Shown: positions 7,715 to 17,769, numbered from the stretch's first letter. The stretch is DNA of 56,617 nucleotides from an uncultured Candidatus Saccharibacteria bacterium (GCA_964606285.1 CAZSFP010000002.1:109890-166506); one strand, 5' to 3'. Notes: generated by a model from the letters alone, not told the origin. A program made the numbers and translations.

Positions 7715-8827
7715 ATGAGAAAACATATTGCTATTGAACTTTTTCCTTCAGAAAAATCTTGCGAACAGGGATGCAACATATGCCCCATGGCTCGACATGA
7801 AAAATCAGTTATTGGAAAAAAGGTTGATCAAAATGTCCAAGAAACATTTTCTTTTCTTGAATCCGTGTTTAAAAAACAAGGATACATGTATGACATGCAT
7901 TTCGCCTCGGCACAGGATTTGTTTCCAGTACTTGCGCACCCTGAACTCATTCACATGGCGCGATTTGAAACAAATAAATCTGTCCGTATCAACGGTAATG
8001 CAGAACATTTTTCAGATGGTATTAAGACAATACTTGAAAAGAATCATATAGATCCAAAAGTCATCGGATTTTCTGTTGTTCCGAATCATCCGGTTATTTC
8101 GAAGGATGATGTTAATGTTGTCAGAAATATTTTACATGCAGTGCAAAGCTGGTATTTCACCAAAGAACACCGGTCTATAGAGGTGACATTGCGGTCAAAT
8201 CTGATTCCAAGGGAAATCTTTGATCAGAATCTTTCAAGATTTTTACCAAATGATACGCATCATTTGCGGAGGCTCGGGCTGGAATACGAATCACTACTTC
8301 CAAAAAAGAAACGGTATTTGTTTGAACGTGGCAATGGTCGTGTGTACGTCAATGAATATATTAGCAGGATTGGCACGAAAAAAATAACCCTTGCAAATCG
8401 AGTTATTGGTGTTAAAAAAGATACAAATATTCAAAAAACAAACAGTGATCAAGCCATCCGTTCAATCCCGTGGACCAGTAAATACATCTTTGATTTTGCA
8501 ATTGCTCCGAAAGGTGTGATGTTGATGCACTCAAGTCTCACTATCAATAATCCAATCATGTGGATGAGTCACTCGGATTTCCGAAAAAGTATGGTAGCTG
8601 CACTTGCAGAGCAGAAGATATTTTCTTTATCGAAATTTTTTATAAATATCATATACAAGAATGTAATTTTGTATAACGGCCTGATGGATTATAAAGCAAA
8701 ATTGAAAAAAGAAGGAAAAGAAGATCTTGCCGTTACAGAAAAAGATTTTATGGATTTTTTTGAGGAGCATCGGCATAGTGTCAGTGATTATAAAAGAAAA
8801 AACAATAAAAAATCCCGTCGAAAGTGA
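7715..8827 (+). CDS. hypothetical protein with N-terminal CxxxCxxC motif (possible divergent radical-SAM enzyme)
   Basis: 370 aa. ...PSEKSCEQGCNICPMARHE... places C-x3-C-x2-C near residue 16-23, as in radical SAM enzymes. No other radical-SAM motif identified by eye. Confidence 0.4.
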   Translation: MRKHIAIELFPSEKSCEQGCNICPMARHEKSVIGKKVDQNVQETFSFLESVFKKQGYMYDMHFASAQDLFPVLAHPELIHMARFETNKSVRINGNAEHFSDGIKTILEKNHIDPKVIGFSVVPNHPVISKDDVNVVRNILHAVQSWYFTKEHRSIEVTLRSNLIPREIFDQNLSRFLPNDTHHLRRLGLEYESLLPKKKRYLFERGNGRVYVNEYISRIGTKKITLANRVIGVKKDTNIQKTNSDQAIRSIPWTSKYIFDFAIAPKGVMLMHSSLTINNPIMWMSHSDFRKSMVAALAEQKIFSLSKFFINIIYKNVILYNGLMDYKAKLKKEGKEDLAVTEKDFMDFFEEHRHSVSDYKRKNNKKSRRK

Positions 8828-8838
8828 CGGGATTTTTG
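8807..8838. terminator. bidirectional intrinsic terminator overlapping the stop of 7715..8827
   Basis: A-run, ATCCCGTC-gaaagt-GACGGGAT, T-run. The TGA stop lies inside the hairpin. Confidence 0.75.
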
Positions 8839-8840
8839 TT

Positions 8841-9752
8841 TTATTGTTGATTCGCTATAACTTCGGCCCGTACCGCGGCTTCATGTTCGATTGTCGAGAG
8901 ATTTTCTGAAACAATAGATTCCAGTTCGTCTTTCGAAACTTTTGTCGCTTCAGGATTTTCAGGGAGTTGTTTCCATGGTGCAGGAGATGCGAAATTATAA
9001 GCGCCATAGATGATGACGGGTGTACCGGAGGCGAGCTTTGTACTACCATCTGATGTGACAATCCATTGATCTGCCCAGTTGTAGATCCATTCGGCATCGT
9101 GGGCATAGAGACGGACGCACGAGTGGCTCGCCGGATACCCAGGGAGTGCGTATTGATGCATAGAGACACCTTCGAAATTACTAAGGTTGAAATTCCATTT
9201 CAAAATCCATTCATCGCTAAAGGTACTCACAACTTCTTTGCCTTTCCAATTTGTAAAATAAAGCCTGCTTGGTGTCGGTGTTGATTGTTTGCCGGAACTG
9301 ACTGGACCGTTTCTGACCAATGTGCCGAATTCATAGACGCCAAAAGCTTGAACTCGTTGAGAGATGATAATAAGTTTGGGAATATTTTTTGCTGCATCAA
9401 TACTGCTCGGCATAAATTCCCATTGATCGATGTTTTCAAATGATGTCGGGATAACGAGCGTCATACCTTGGCGTAAGTTTTTGTCATCCAATCGATTGAT
9501 CGCAAGAACCATCGGTACATTTGCACTGCCGATCATGTCGGTCAGTTCTTTGCCCGGAGTAGTGCTTTCAAGTGTAATAATTTTAAATATATTTTGTTCA
9601 GGTTCTGAAGGAAGAGGAACGACAGGTTCGGGTTCTTGGATTATTGGTTCTGGTTGAACAATCGGTGTTCCAGATGCAGAGAATTTTTGCCAAGCAATTA
9701 TTCCTCCAATGATCACAAAAATAATAAGAATGGAAATAAATGCTTTTTTCAT
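8841..9752 (-). CDS. L,D-transpeptidase (YkuD domain), membrane anchored
   Basis: N-terminal TM helix. The catalytic-site pattern ...HQYALPGYPASHSCVRLYAHDA... fits the H-x(n)-SHGC[IV]R type. Confidence 0.85.
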   Translation of the reverse strand: MKKAFISILIIFVIIGGIIAWQKFSASGTPIVQPEPIIQEPEPVVPLPSEPEQNIFKIITLESTTPGKELTDMIGSANVPMVLAINRLDDKNLRQGMTLVIPTSFENIDQWEFMPSSIDAAKNIPKLIIISQRVQAFGVYEFGTLVRNGPVSSGKQSTPTPSRLYFTNWKGKEVVSTFSDEWILKWNFNLSNFEGVSMHQYALPGYPASHSCVRLYAHDAEWIYNWADQWIVTSDGSTKLASGTPVIIYGAYNFASPAPWKQLPENPEATKVSKDELESIVSENLSTIEHEAAVRAEVIANQQ

Positions 9753-9758
9753 GCGACC

Positions 9759-9767
9759 ATTATATCA
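9759..9767 (-). promoter_or_regulatory. extended -10 TGaTATAAT, 6 nt upstream of ATG 9752
   Basis: Minus strand reads TGATATAAT-ggtcgc-ATG. Confidence 0.5.
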
Positions 9768-9779
9768 TATGCCTAGTTC

Positions 9780-11567
9780 TTATAGATTTGATTCCAAAAG
9801 AAGAGCTTGTGAGTACCGTTCAACAAATTCAATAATGACGATATCAGGCTTTTCTTTGTTGATGATAGTAAAATCAATATTTCGATTCCATACATATACA
9901 GCTTTTGAAAAAGATTCTGACAAGTAGGGGATCATGCGGATTGCAAATGAATCTCTAAATATCACCGCTTTCGGATATGATAGATTTTTCAAGCTCGTCT
10001 CCACATAACTGTCAGGTTGTTGGTTGTATATAGGATGCTTGATTTCCTTGTATTCATAATTTCTTTTCAAATCAATGATAATTTCTGGATCATTTGTCTT
10101 GATCTCAGAATTTATATATTTTGACAAATCATGAATATTGAAATTATCTTTCGAATATATGATGGGATCTTTTTTCTTATAAACAGTATTGGTAGCATAT
10201 CCCATGTCACCAATCTCCTGTAATACTTCTTTCACTGCAATATATGCCCCGAGATTGTTCCAATGGGAGTCCGTTTTATAGTACAACGGATAGGGATATG
10301 TTTTCTTTGCATCCAATAGGACAGTTCGCGTATCGATAAAATGCAATCCCAGTTCTTTTGCAACCACATGAACTTGATCGGCTCTCGTAAAAGAGCCTCT
10401 TTTTTGTTGAATATAATTTGGTAAAAATTCTTCGTAAATAGTATTTTTGTTGGGAACCAGAACCATTACAAGATCTATGTTTCGCGCATCAAGTTTATTT
10501 TTTAGTCTCAGTAGATTTGTTTTTATTTCTATCAATTCGGTTTCTGAGTAGGGAACTTTTCCATAATAATCTTTCATGCTTACTCCATCTGAGGGAGAAT
10601 CATAAAACAGCCAGCCATCCTTGCCCAGAATGATATCTATTCTGGGACTGATGTTGAAATATTTTATATTCAATACGGAATTTGCGTGTATGAGTGAATT
10701 TCGCAATCCATAATGATCGTTGAAAAAAGACTCTATGGATGCCGTATATGCATGCCATGTGCTCACATCAGTCAAAAGATTGAGATCGGGCGACGCAGTC
10801 AGTTCACGCTGTTCTTGGAAATCTTTTTCAGGCAAGTATTTGAAAACCATTTGAGATATAGGGATAGATAGCAGTAGTATGAACGCAATGATAAAACAAA
10901 CGTTTCTTTTTTCTTCTGATGTATTTTCAGATGAAACTAGTCGTATTTCTCTGTTTGAAATCGCTTTTCTGAAATAGAACAATGTCGCGATATATGTGAT
11001 AAAAAAAAGAAGTATGATGATTTTGTGTGTTCTGTTTTTTGAAACGGCGTTTGCTTGCATTTTTTCCGTTATATCTCCTTCATAAAGAATCTGAGGATCG
11101 TTTCCTGTCGTTTCTATATACAGTGCACCATCTCTGACCTCTCTCTTTTTGAATTGATAAAATGAAGAAAACTCATTGAGTATATCCTGTGCATCCCAGT
11201 CTAGAGAATTATTTTCTTTTGTTATTTGCATGTTGCGTATCTCTAATTTTTTGTTTTCACTGCCGATATCGATCCGTAGATTTTTTGTATGGATTATCGG
11301 GATATTAAACACAATTGATTGAAATTTTGTTGAAGGATCAACGGCAACACGCACAGATTCTTCTTCAGAAAATCCTTTGCCTGTATCATAAAATACCTGA
11401 AACGTATCCGGTGAAGAAACTTTTGCGTCTATGACGACATGAACCGATGGTCTAAAGATTTTTTTGCTGACAAATAAAAATAATATTCCTAAAAACAACA
11501 TGCCGATAATAATTGCAGACAAGAAAATGGAATTATTTTTTAAAAATTGTATGGTACGTGTATGCAT
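9780..11567 (-). CDS. AlgX/AlgJ-like (DHHW-type, SGNH-like) polysaccharide O-acyltransferase with extra N-terminal domain
   Basis: 595 aa. ...YYKTDSHWNNLGAYIA... is the D-x-H-W motif of AlgJ/AlgX/DHHW proteins. It lies immediately downstream of an MBOAT gene. The N-terminal ~135-aa domain is paralogous to that of 36740..38689. Confidence 0.7.
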   Translation of the reverse strand: MHTRTIQFLKNNSIFLSAIIIGMLFLGILFLFVSKKIFRPSVHVVIDAKVSSPDTFQVFYDTGKGFSEEESVRVAVDPSTKFQSIVFNIPIIHTKNLRIDIGSENKKLEIRNMQITKENNSLDWDAQDILNEFSSFYQFKKREVRDGALYIETTGNDPQILYEGDITEKMQANAVSKNRTHKIIILLFFITYIATLFYFRKAISNREIRLVSSENTSEEKRNVCFIIAFILLLSIPISQMVFKYLPEKDFQEQRELTASPDLNLLTDVSTWHAYTASIESFFNDHYGLRNSLIHANSVLNIKYFNISPRIDIILGKDGWLFYDSPSDGVSMKDYYGKVPYSETELIEIKTNLLRLKNKLDARNIDLVMVLVPNKNTIYEEFLPNYIQQKRGSFTRADQVHVVAKELGLHFIDTRTVLLDAKKTYPYPLYYKTDSHWNNLGAYIAVKEVLQEIGDMGYATNTVYKKKDPIIYSKDNFNIHDLSKYINSEIKTNDPEIIIDLKRNYEYKEIKHPIYNQQPDSYVETSLKNLSYPKAVIFRDSFAIRMIPYLSESFSKAVYVWNRNIDFTIINKEKPDIVIIEFVERYSQALLLESNL

Positions 11568-11576
11568 AAATCGATT

Positions 11577-13067
11577 TTAAAATCTGAAATAAATGAACGG
11601 ATTGTATGTACTACTTGAAAGAATTATCACACAAAGTACGAACAAGGCGAGAAGTGCGGTATTGTATCCTTCTTTGAAAATGACAGGCAAAAAAGTTTTG
11701 TTTAAATTTTCGTTGTTTTTAATGTTTGTGGTGAGAGTTTCAAACAACGGAGTTGAAAATATGATTCCTAAAATGATTGCAATAATATTTTTTATATTCA
11801 AAAATCCCCAAATATATCGTATATGAAGATCTCCAAATCCAAACATTGTTTTGAATAGTTCTAATGCGTGAGTAAGATTTTCTGCTCGAAAAAATACCCA
11901 ACCGATCATCACAATCAAAATCATGTATAGGTGCTGGATGACCGGATGTCTGTTGTCGAGAAATGTTCCGACCTTTGTGCGCTCGAGAATCAGGAACAGT
12001 CCATGCCAGAGCCCCCAAATGACAAAAAGCCAGCTCGCTCCGTGCCACAATCCGCACAAGAAAAAAACAAACAACAGATTGAAATAATTTCGTGCTACGC
12101 TCATTCTATTTCCACCAAGTGGTATGTAGAGATAATCGCGGAACCATGATGAGAGGGAGATATGCCAACGGCGCCAAAATTCCCTGATGGATTTTGAAAT
12201 ATAGGGATAGTTGAAGTTTTTCAGGAAATCAAATCCCATCATTTTGCCGAGACCGATCGCCATGTCAGAATATCCGGAAAAATCAAAATAAATTTGAATC
12301 GAATAGCAAACGATTCCCAGCCATGCGACACCGAATGAAAGCTCTGAAGGATGCAGTGCAAAAACAGCGTCGGCGACAGATCCGACAGTGTTCGCTATCA
12401 GAACTTTTTTTGCCAAGCCAATGATAAATCGCTGTATGCCGTCAGAAAAAATACTCGGCGTGACCGTACGGTCCGTTATCTGGTTTGACACATCTTTGTA
12501 TCGTACGATGGGTCCGGCAATGAGCTGCGGGAACAATGCTTTGTACATGGAAAAATCGACCAGATTTTTTTGTGCTTGCACATCGCGACGATAGATGTCG
12601 ATGATGTAGGAGACGGCCTGAAATGTAAAAAATGATATGCCGATCGGAAGGTGAATCTCCGGATTTCCAAATTGAAAATCTGAAATTTTTTCCAGGATAA
12701 AATTGGCATTTGTGATGATAAAATTGAAATATTTGAAAAAGAGCAAAAATCCGATATTGAAAACGAGTCCCAAAACGAGAACGGTTTTTGCAGTGAGTAA
12801 GGATGTTTCCGTGGATAGCTTGCGTCTCTCAATCCATAAACCAAAGAAATAATTGGAGATCATATACATGATCATTACAAGTACGTACCTACCTTCTCCC
12901 CAAAAGTAAAACAGTAAACTTGCCAAAAGAATAAAGAAATTCCTGTATTCTTTTTTCAAAAGAAAATACACCCCCAAAAAGATTGGTAAAAAAAGAAAGA
13001 TAAAAATGATTGAACTGAAAAGCATTTGAGGGATCTGATTAGGGGAATTGCTATTGATTATACCCAC
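11577..13067 (-). CDS. MBOAT family O-acyltransferase (AlgI/DltB-like)
   Basis: Polytopic. ...FWRRWHISLSSWFRDYLYIPLGGNR... is the signature MBOAT histidine region. The track start is GTG; ATG 13025 (MLFSSIIF...) is the more typical start. Confidence 0.9.
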   Translation of the reverse strand: MGIINSNSPNQIPQMLFSSIIFIFLFLPIFLGVYFLLKKEYRNFFILLASLLFYFWGEGRYVLVMIMYMISNYFFGLWIERRKLSTETSLLTAKTVLVLGLVFNIGFLLFFKYFNFIITNANFILEKISDFQFGNPEIHLPIGISFFTFQAVSYIIDIYRRDVQAQKNLVDFSMYKALFPQLIAGPIVRYKDVSNQITDRTVTPSIFSDGIQRFIIGLAKKVLIANTVGSVADAVFALHPSELSFGVAWLGIVCYSIQIYFDFSGYSDMAIGLGKMMGFDFLKNFNYPYISKSIREFWRRWHISLSSWFRDYLYIPLGGNRMSVARNYFNLLFVFFLCGLWHGASWLFVIWGLWHGLFLILERTKVGTFLDNRHPVIQHLYMILIVMIGWVFFRAENLTHALELFKTMFGFGDLHIRYIWGFLNIKNIIAIILGIIFSTPLFETLTTNIKNNENLNKTFLPVIFKEGYNTALLALFVLCVIILSSSTYNPFIYFRF

Positions 13068-13188
13068 TATATTGTGATAGACAACTTGATCACGGGACTC
13101 TCTATGTTTTGTGCTGCATGCCTTGTTGTCAGGTGTCTCCTTGTGGTATTGTAATTGAAAACAGTGTGTATTATAAAAAACAAAAAAT

Positions 13189-13428
13189 ATGACTTATATT
13201 TCTTCAGAAATACCACAGAAACCTACTAGAACACTTGTTGAAAGAATACATCGGCTGCAGAAAGAATTTCCTCCAATGTCTACGTGTATTACATTGAGTA
13301 TTTTTCCTGATGCTGGCAAAACTGCCGATGACTATGTTGCTGTTATTGAGCGACTGGAAGCATACCTTAAAAATAATGAAACATTTGAAGGATTATGGTT
13401 TAATTTTTCTGAGATTAAAAATTTTTGA
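13189..13428 (+). CDS. hypothetical protein (79 aa)
   Basis: ORF track. A terminator follows at 13449-13473. Confidence 0.45.
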   Translation: MTYISSEIPQKPTRTLVERIHRLQKEFPPMSTCITLSIFPDAGKTADDYVAVIERLEAYLKNNETFEGLWFNFSEIKNF

Positions 13429-13448
13429 TTGAATATCATGATACATGA

Positions 13449-13473
13449 AAAACCGCTGATAATGGCGGTTTTT
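13449..13473. terminator. bidirectional intrinsic terminator
   Basis: AAAAACCGC-tgataatg-GCGGTTTTTTT, between convergent genes. Confidence 0.7.
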
Positions 13474-13480
13474 TTGTATC

Positions 13481-13864
13481 TTATGAAAGTAGATATTCTT
13501 TTATTTCTAATGATAATTGTTCAATCAATTCTTTTTGTTTCTCATTCATTTTTGGTTCAAGGAATTTTTTAAATCTCAAATCAATTCCCTCAGAAAGAAA
13601 ATAATGTGAATTTGGTGGAAAAATAGAGAGTAGTTGTGCCTGTCGGAGTATATCAAGTCCGTTTTCAATTTCTTTTGACCCGGGAATGGGACCGGCCGTA
13701 TCAAAGGTATATTCTTGAAATAATTGTTCGTATATCGGATTCTTGCTTGCTTTATAAAACGCACATGCAATATCGTCTTTGAAGTGATACGGCTCTCCTT
13801 TTGGGAAATTTTTTAATCCAGCAATCAACAGTTCATCTCCTATAAAAATATGAGGTGCTTTCAT
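13481..13864 (-). CDS. hypothetical protein (127 aa)
   Basis: ORF track. Confidence 0.55.
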   Translation of the reverse strand: MKAPHIFIGDELLIAGLKNFPKGEPYHFKDDIACAFYKASKNPIYEQLFQEYTFDTAGPIPGSKEIENGLDILRQAQLLSIFPPNSHYFLSEGIDLRFKKFLEPKMNEKQKELIEQLSLEIKEYLLS

Positions 13865-13949
13865 GTTTTGTTTTTTTTGTGATCAATTTAGGAGTGTTAT
13901 ATCATATATCTCAACTTTTTTCCTTTATATTTAGGAAATACTGATTTTC

Positions 13950-13958
13950 TGATACAAT
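13950..13958 (+). promoter_or_regulatory. extended -10 TGaTACAAT, 6 nt upstream of ATG 13965
   Basis: TGATACAAT-gtccag-ATG. Confidence 0.5.
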
Positions 13959-13964
13959 GTCCAG

Positions 13965-14522
13965 ATGGAAATCGAAATATTTTTTCAAACAATAAAAATA
14001 CCAGTAACGATAGCGCATGTCATCAGTGTGGTGTTCGGTATGGGGGCAGCGCTGACAGCAGATGTACTCTTTTCTTTTTTTAGTAAAGACAAAAAACTTA
14101 ATCCAACAGAAGTAAAAACTCTCTCTGTATTGGCAAAAATCGTTTTTTATAGTTTGTGGATCATTGTTTTGTCGGGTATTGGATTGTTCTTGTCAGATAT
14201 TTCCAGATATTCTCATTCGATAAAATTTCTCGGAAAAATGAGTATTCTCGCAGTCTTGGTGGTCAATGGTTATGCACTCAATAAATATGTTTGGCCGCAT
14301 CTTCTCAATAAAAAATTCTTTGTTGAAACAAAAGAACGGATAGTTCGCAAGTTTGCGTTCATCTCCGGTGCTGTATCAGTCATCTCCTGGATCGCGGTAT
14401 GTGCACTCGGTGTCCTTGATGGTGTCAATATTTCATACGCAACACTTATGGGTATATACGGTGGCATTCTTTTCTTCGGTATTTGTGTAGCGCTTGTTAT
14501 TGAGAAAAAAGAATTCAATTAG
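13965..14522 (+). CDS. integral membrane protein (185 aa, about 5 TM)
   Basis: ORF track. Hydrophobic throughout. Its 3' end overlaps the convergent gene by 8 nt. Confidence 0.6.
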   Translation: MEIEIFFQTIKIPVTIAHVISVVFGMGAALTADVLFSFFSKDKKLNPTEVKTLSVLAKIVFYSLWIIVLSGIGLFLSDISRYSHSIKFLGKMSILAVLVVNGYALNKYVWPHLLNKKFFVETKERIVRKFAFISGAVSVISWIAVCALGVLDGVNISYATLMGIYGGILFFGICVALVIEKKEFN

Positions 14523-16053
14523 CTTCGTTTGGTGTATCTGGTCCGATCGCATAGAAATACCCGTCGCGCGTGCCGACGTACATGACGCCGTTCCATGCTG
14601 CAGGAGTTGATTCAATGCAATTCTCGGTAATCGGAATTTCTTTGAAGAATTTTGGTTGTGCGGGTTCGTGGAGATCATAAAAGTTAATTTTGCCTTTACA
14701 GGTCGCCACGATAAGTTTTTCATCGATCACGAGCGGTGACGACCAGCTGTGTTCTGGGAGAGTTTCACTCCAGGTTATTTTCCCATCTTTCGTATCTATT
14801 GCCATGAATGTACCTCCCGTTGTTTGTACATAGAGGTGTTCTTTGTATAGTGCAGGTGTTGCATAAATACCGCGTTGTTTGTTTGGTGAAATATTTTCAT
14901 CAACAGCAATACTCCAAATTAGTGGTTTGTCGCTGTATGGATCAAGCTTCGTGACCTGACCGATATCAATCGTTTTACTGATATCTCTATCTATTTCAGA
15001 TGATACATAGAGCATTCCATCCTGATCAATAACGATAGATGCATCGATATCATCACCGAGCCAATAATCAAATACGACGCGAATAGATTTGTTTTTGATA
15101 TCTGATACATCAAATCCAACCACGCGACCACCACCGTTGGCGATGTAGACACGATTATCGTAAAACGCGGGAGAATTTTCGATCGAAACCATTTTGTCCC
15201 CAATATCCTCCAATAATTTGTCTGTCCAGAGGGGAAATTGCATGAGTATTTTCGGATCGACAGCAACAGTTCCATCTGCATGGAAAGATCTGTTTAGTTG
15301 TATTGCGAACATCCAACTGTTTTCACCACCGATATAGAGGATATCATCAACAATACTCGCATTCCCGTCCCAGTCATTGTTCCAGAGAATTGGCGCGACA
15401 TCACTTGCGTCGATTGACCAGATTTCCTTTGCTTCTTCATTATCATTGAGAGAAAGAATTCTGAATTTGTTGTCACGAGAGCCAAAGTAGAGCAGGGGAT
15501 ATCCATCTGGATCGAGAGAAACACTACCTTTGATGATGTCGCCTGTTTGGAAATCTGGTCGTAGTCGTTTGCCGGTTGCTGCATTCACAAAATGTACGGC
15601 TTTATCATATGCACCAAAAATGACCTCTGTGACGCCATTAGGATGTTCCCATAGTACGGGTTGTCCGGTCCACCCGGTGCCGCACCAAGATGTTGTCTGT
15701 CTGTTGACGGTTGACGTGCCGCACATTGGTGTATCTGGAAAACGCCATAAAACAGCCATGGTATCACTTATAGGGCCGGTACCATAGAAAGTATGGGTAG
15801 GATTGCCGCGGAACTGAACGAGTCCCTTTGTTTTATTTGCCCAGTTTTTGAAAATAAAATCTTTCGGATCTCGATGATTCATATTGAAATTTTCGAGCGT
15901 ATTGATTGTTTCTGAAAGAAAGTCTTTTGATGGTGTTTGTGCGAATGCTGAAATCTTTTGATAAAACATTTTGCCATACATGACAACAAAAATAACCGCA
16001 CCTATTGCGAGAATGAGAATGAAAATATGTTTTATTTTTTTTGGAGATTGCAT
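14515..16053 (-). CDS. PQQ-like / BamB-like beta-propeller repeat protein, membrane anchored
   Basis: N-terminal TM helix, then repeated blades such as LYIGGENSWMFAI, VYIANGGGRVVGFD, LYVQTTGGTFMAIDTKDGKITW and MYVGTRDGYFYAI. Confidence 0.75.
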   Translation of the reverse strand: MQSPKKIKHIFILILAIGAVIFVVMYGKMFYQKISAFAQTPSKDFLSETINTLENFNMNHRDPKDFIFKNWANKTKGLVQFRGNPTHTFYGTGPISDTMAVLWRFPDTPMCGTSTVNRQTTSWCGTGWTGQPVLWEHPNGVTEVIFGAYDKAVHFVNAATGKRLRPDFQTGDIIKGSVSLDPDGYPLLYFGSRDNKFRILSLNDNEEAKEIWSIDASDVAPILWNNDWDGNASIVDDILYIGGENSWMFAIQLNRSFHADGTVAVDPKILMQFPLWTDKLLEDIGDKMVSIENSPAFYDNRVYIANGGGRVVGFDVSDIKNKSIRVVFDYWLGDDIDASIVIDQDGMLYVSSEIDRDISKTIDIGQVTKLDPYSDKPLIWSIAVDENISPNKQRGIYATPALYKEHLYVQTTGGTFMAIDTKDGKITWSETLPEHSWSSPLVIDEKLIVATCKGKINFYDLHEPAQPKFFKEIPITENCIESTPAAWNGVMYVGTRDGYFYAIGPDTPNEAN

Positions 16054-16062
16054 GTATATGAA

Positions 16063-17418
16063 TTATCGTTTCGGATCAAAAATAGTCTCTGACATGATTT
16101 CGTGATTTATGTGTTTGGAAATTTTTTTTGCACCCATAATTGAAGGTAATATGCCAATACCATTACATCCGAGGTTATATAGCAGTCGTGGATCAATCGG
16201 CTCTGGTCCCACCATACGGACACCGCTTTTGGTATACCCCATGAGTCCATGCCAGAAAAATTTCTGATCAAAATCTGTCATATCAAAATGGTTTTGTGCA
16301 AATATGATCGCATCGTCTCGAAATTTTTCAGATACGTCAAAATCTCTGAAATATATTTCTCGTTCAACGAGATGTACCTCGGGTCCGCCGACTGCCATAA
16401 GATACTCTGGATTTGTTTCATTTCCAAATTTTCGTCGAGTAACGTAATAATACGGGTCGGGGAGTGGTCCTGTATTTTTTAATGGATCATAATAATAATT
16501 TCCCATCGGATCAAGTTCTTTGTTGGTCAGATAACCGGTCATATATCCGACAACGCCTTGGATAAGGTGATGAAATTTTGTATCTATTTCCATGCCGGTA
16601 CGGTCTTTGATATAGAAATTTTCAAATCCATTTGTACAAACGACAACGTTGTCACAGATGACAGTTGCTTGGTTTGTAAGAATGGTGACGCTTTCTTTCG
16701 AAAGTTCTATTCCATGGACAAAACTTTGTTCAAATATTTGTGTTCGGTCAGGATAATTTTTGAGACACCATAACGCTAATTGTTCTGTGAAGAGGGCACT
16801 GTTCAAAACAGCAATCCGATGAGGTAGTGCCGCATGAAATCCGTCTCGAACTATGTTGAGGGTTGTGTAAATTTCAGATAGTTCAACTTCGGAACAAATG
16901 CTATGAAATTTTTCTGGAATTTCTTTCATCCAGTTTGATTCTTTTGAAATAAGGGTCGGAAAGGTCATGAACCCTTCTTGCCATTTGATGTATTCAGTTT
17001 CCAAGTCTTCAAGTAATGGTCCCAGCTCTGTAAAACCGCCATATCCCGTACATTTTTGAAACGGAATATTGATATCAGTTTTTTCAAGTATGTCATCGAG
17101 AAGTTCCCATGCATTTTCTATCATGCGCAAACCATCAATCGCTTTTTCTTTTCCATATTCATCAATAATACTTGCAAATGAACGTTCAAATTCGGCAACA
17201 ACTTGTCCGGCATTGTGTCCTGTCGCGCCATGCGCGATTTTGCTTCCCTCGATGAGAATGATGTTTTTATTTGTTTGAGTCAGGAGATAATAGAGCGTCG
17301 TTACGCCGGCAATGCCGCCACCGATAATGACGATGTCTGTTTCTGTGTCTTTTTCGAGAAGAACAGCTTTACGGTTAGGATGGAGTTGTGTGAGCCAGGG
17401 AGAATTGTTTTGTTTCAT
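16063..17418 (-). CDS. FAD-dependent oxidoreductase (DAO family)
   Basis: ...DIVIIGGGIAGVTTLYYL... dinucleotide-binding motif, followed by ...HGATGHNAGQV... Confidence 0.85.
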   Translation of the reverse strand: MKQNNSPWLTQLHPNRKAVLLEKDTETDIVIIGGGIAGVTTLYYLLTQTNKNIILIEGSKIAHGATGHNAGQVVAEFERSFASIIDEYGKEKAIDGLRMIENAWELLDDILEKTDINIPFQKCTGYGGFTELGPLLEDLETEYIKWQEGFMTFPTLISKESNWMKEIPEKFHSICSEVELSEIYTTLNIVRDGFHAALPHRIAVLNSALFTEQLALWCLKNYPDRTQIFEQSFVHGIELSKESVTILTNQATVICDNVVVCTNGFENFYIKDRTGMEIDTKFHHLIQGVVGYMTGYLTNKELDPMGNYYYDPLKNTGPLPDPYYYVTRRKFGNETNPEYLMAVGGPEVHLVEREIYFRDFDVSEKFRDDAIIFAQNHFDMTDFDQKFFWHGLMGYTKSGVRMVGPEPIDPRLLYNLGCNGIGILPSIMGAKKISKHINHEIMSETIFDPKR

Positions 17419-17420
17419 AA

Positions 17421-17762
17421 TTAGAGATTCAAGAGAACAAGGCCAACTATTGCAAACGCAATACCGATCGCTTGGATCAAACTGATGGATTCATGGAAAA
17501 GAAGAACACCGGAACCGATGACGACGAGTGCATAGAGAATTGTCTGGACGATACCGATCCAACTCAAACGTGCACCAGAAAAGAGTAAATAACCAAAACC
17601 AATGACTTGGACGATATAGAGAAGTCCGGCTGCAATGAACCAAGGATTCCGAAACATGGCGCCGAACGATTGGGCGACAACGCCGGCTTTTTTGATGAAT
17701 ACATCGGCGATTGAAATGGCGAGCACGGAGCCGATAAGAATGATGTATGATGTGATGTTCAT
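17421..17762 (-). CDS. small 4-TM EamA/SMR-like protein (ArnE/ArnF-like candidate flippase subunit)
   Basis: 113 aa, four hydrophobic helices. C-terminal ...FHESISLIQAIGIAFAIVGLVLL... is typical of EamA-half/SMR proteins. It lies in a glycan cluster. Confidence 0.6.
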   Translation of the reverse strand: MNITSYIILIGSVLAISIADVFIKKAGVVAQSFGAMFRNPWFIAAGLLYIVQVIGFGYLLFSGARLSWIGIVQTILYALVVIGSGVLLFHESISLIQAIGIAFAIVGLVLLNL

Positions 17763-17769
17763 ACGATTC

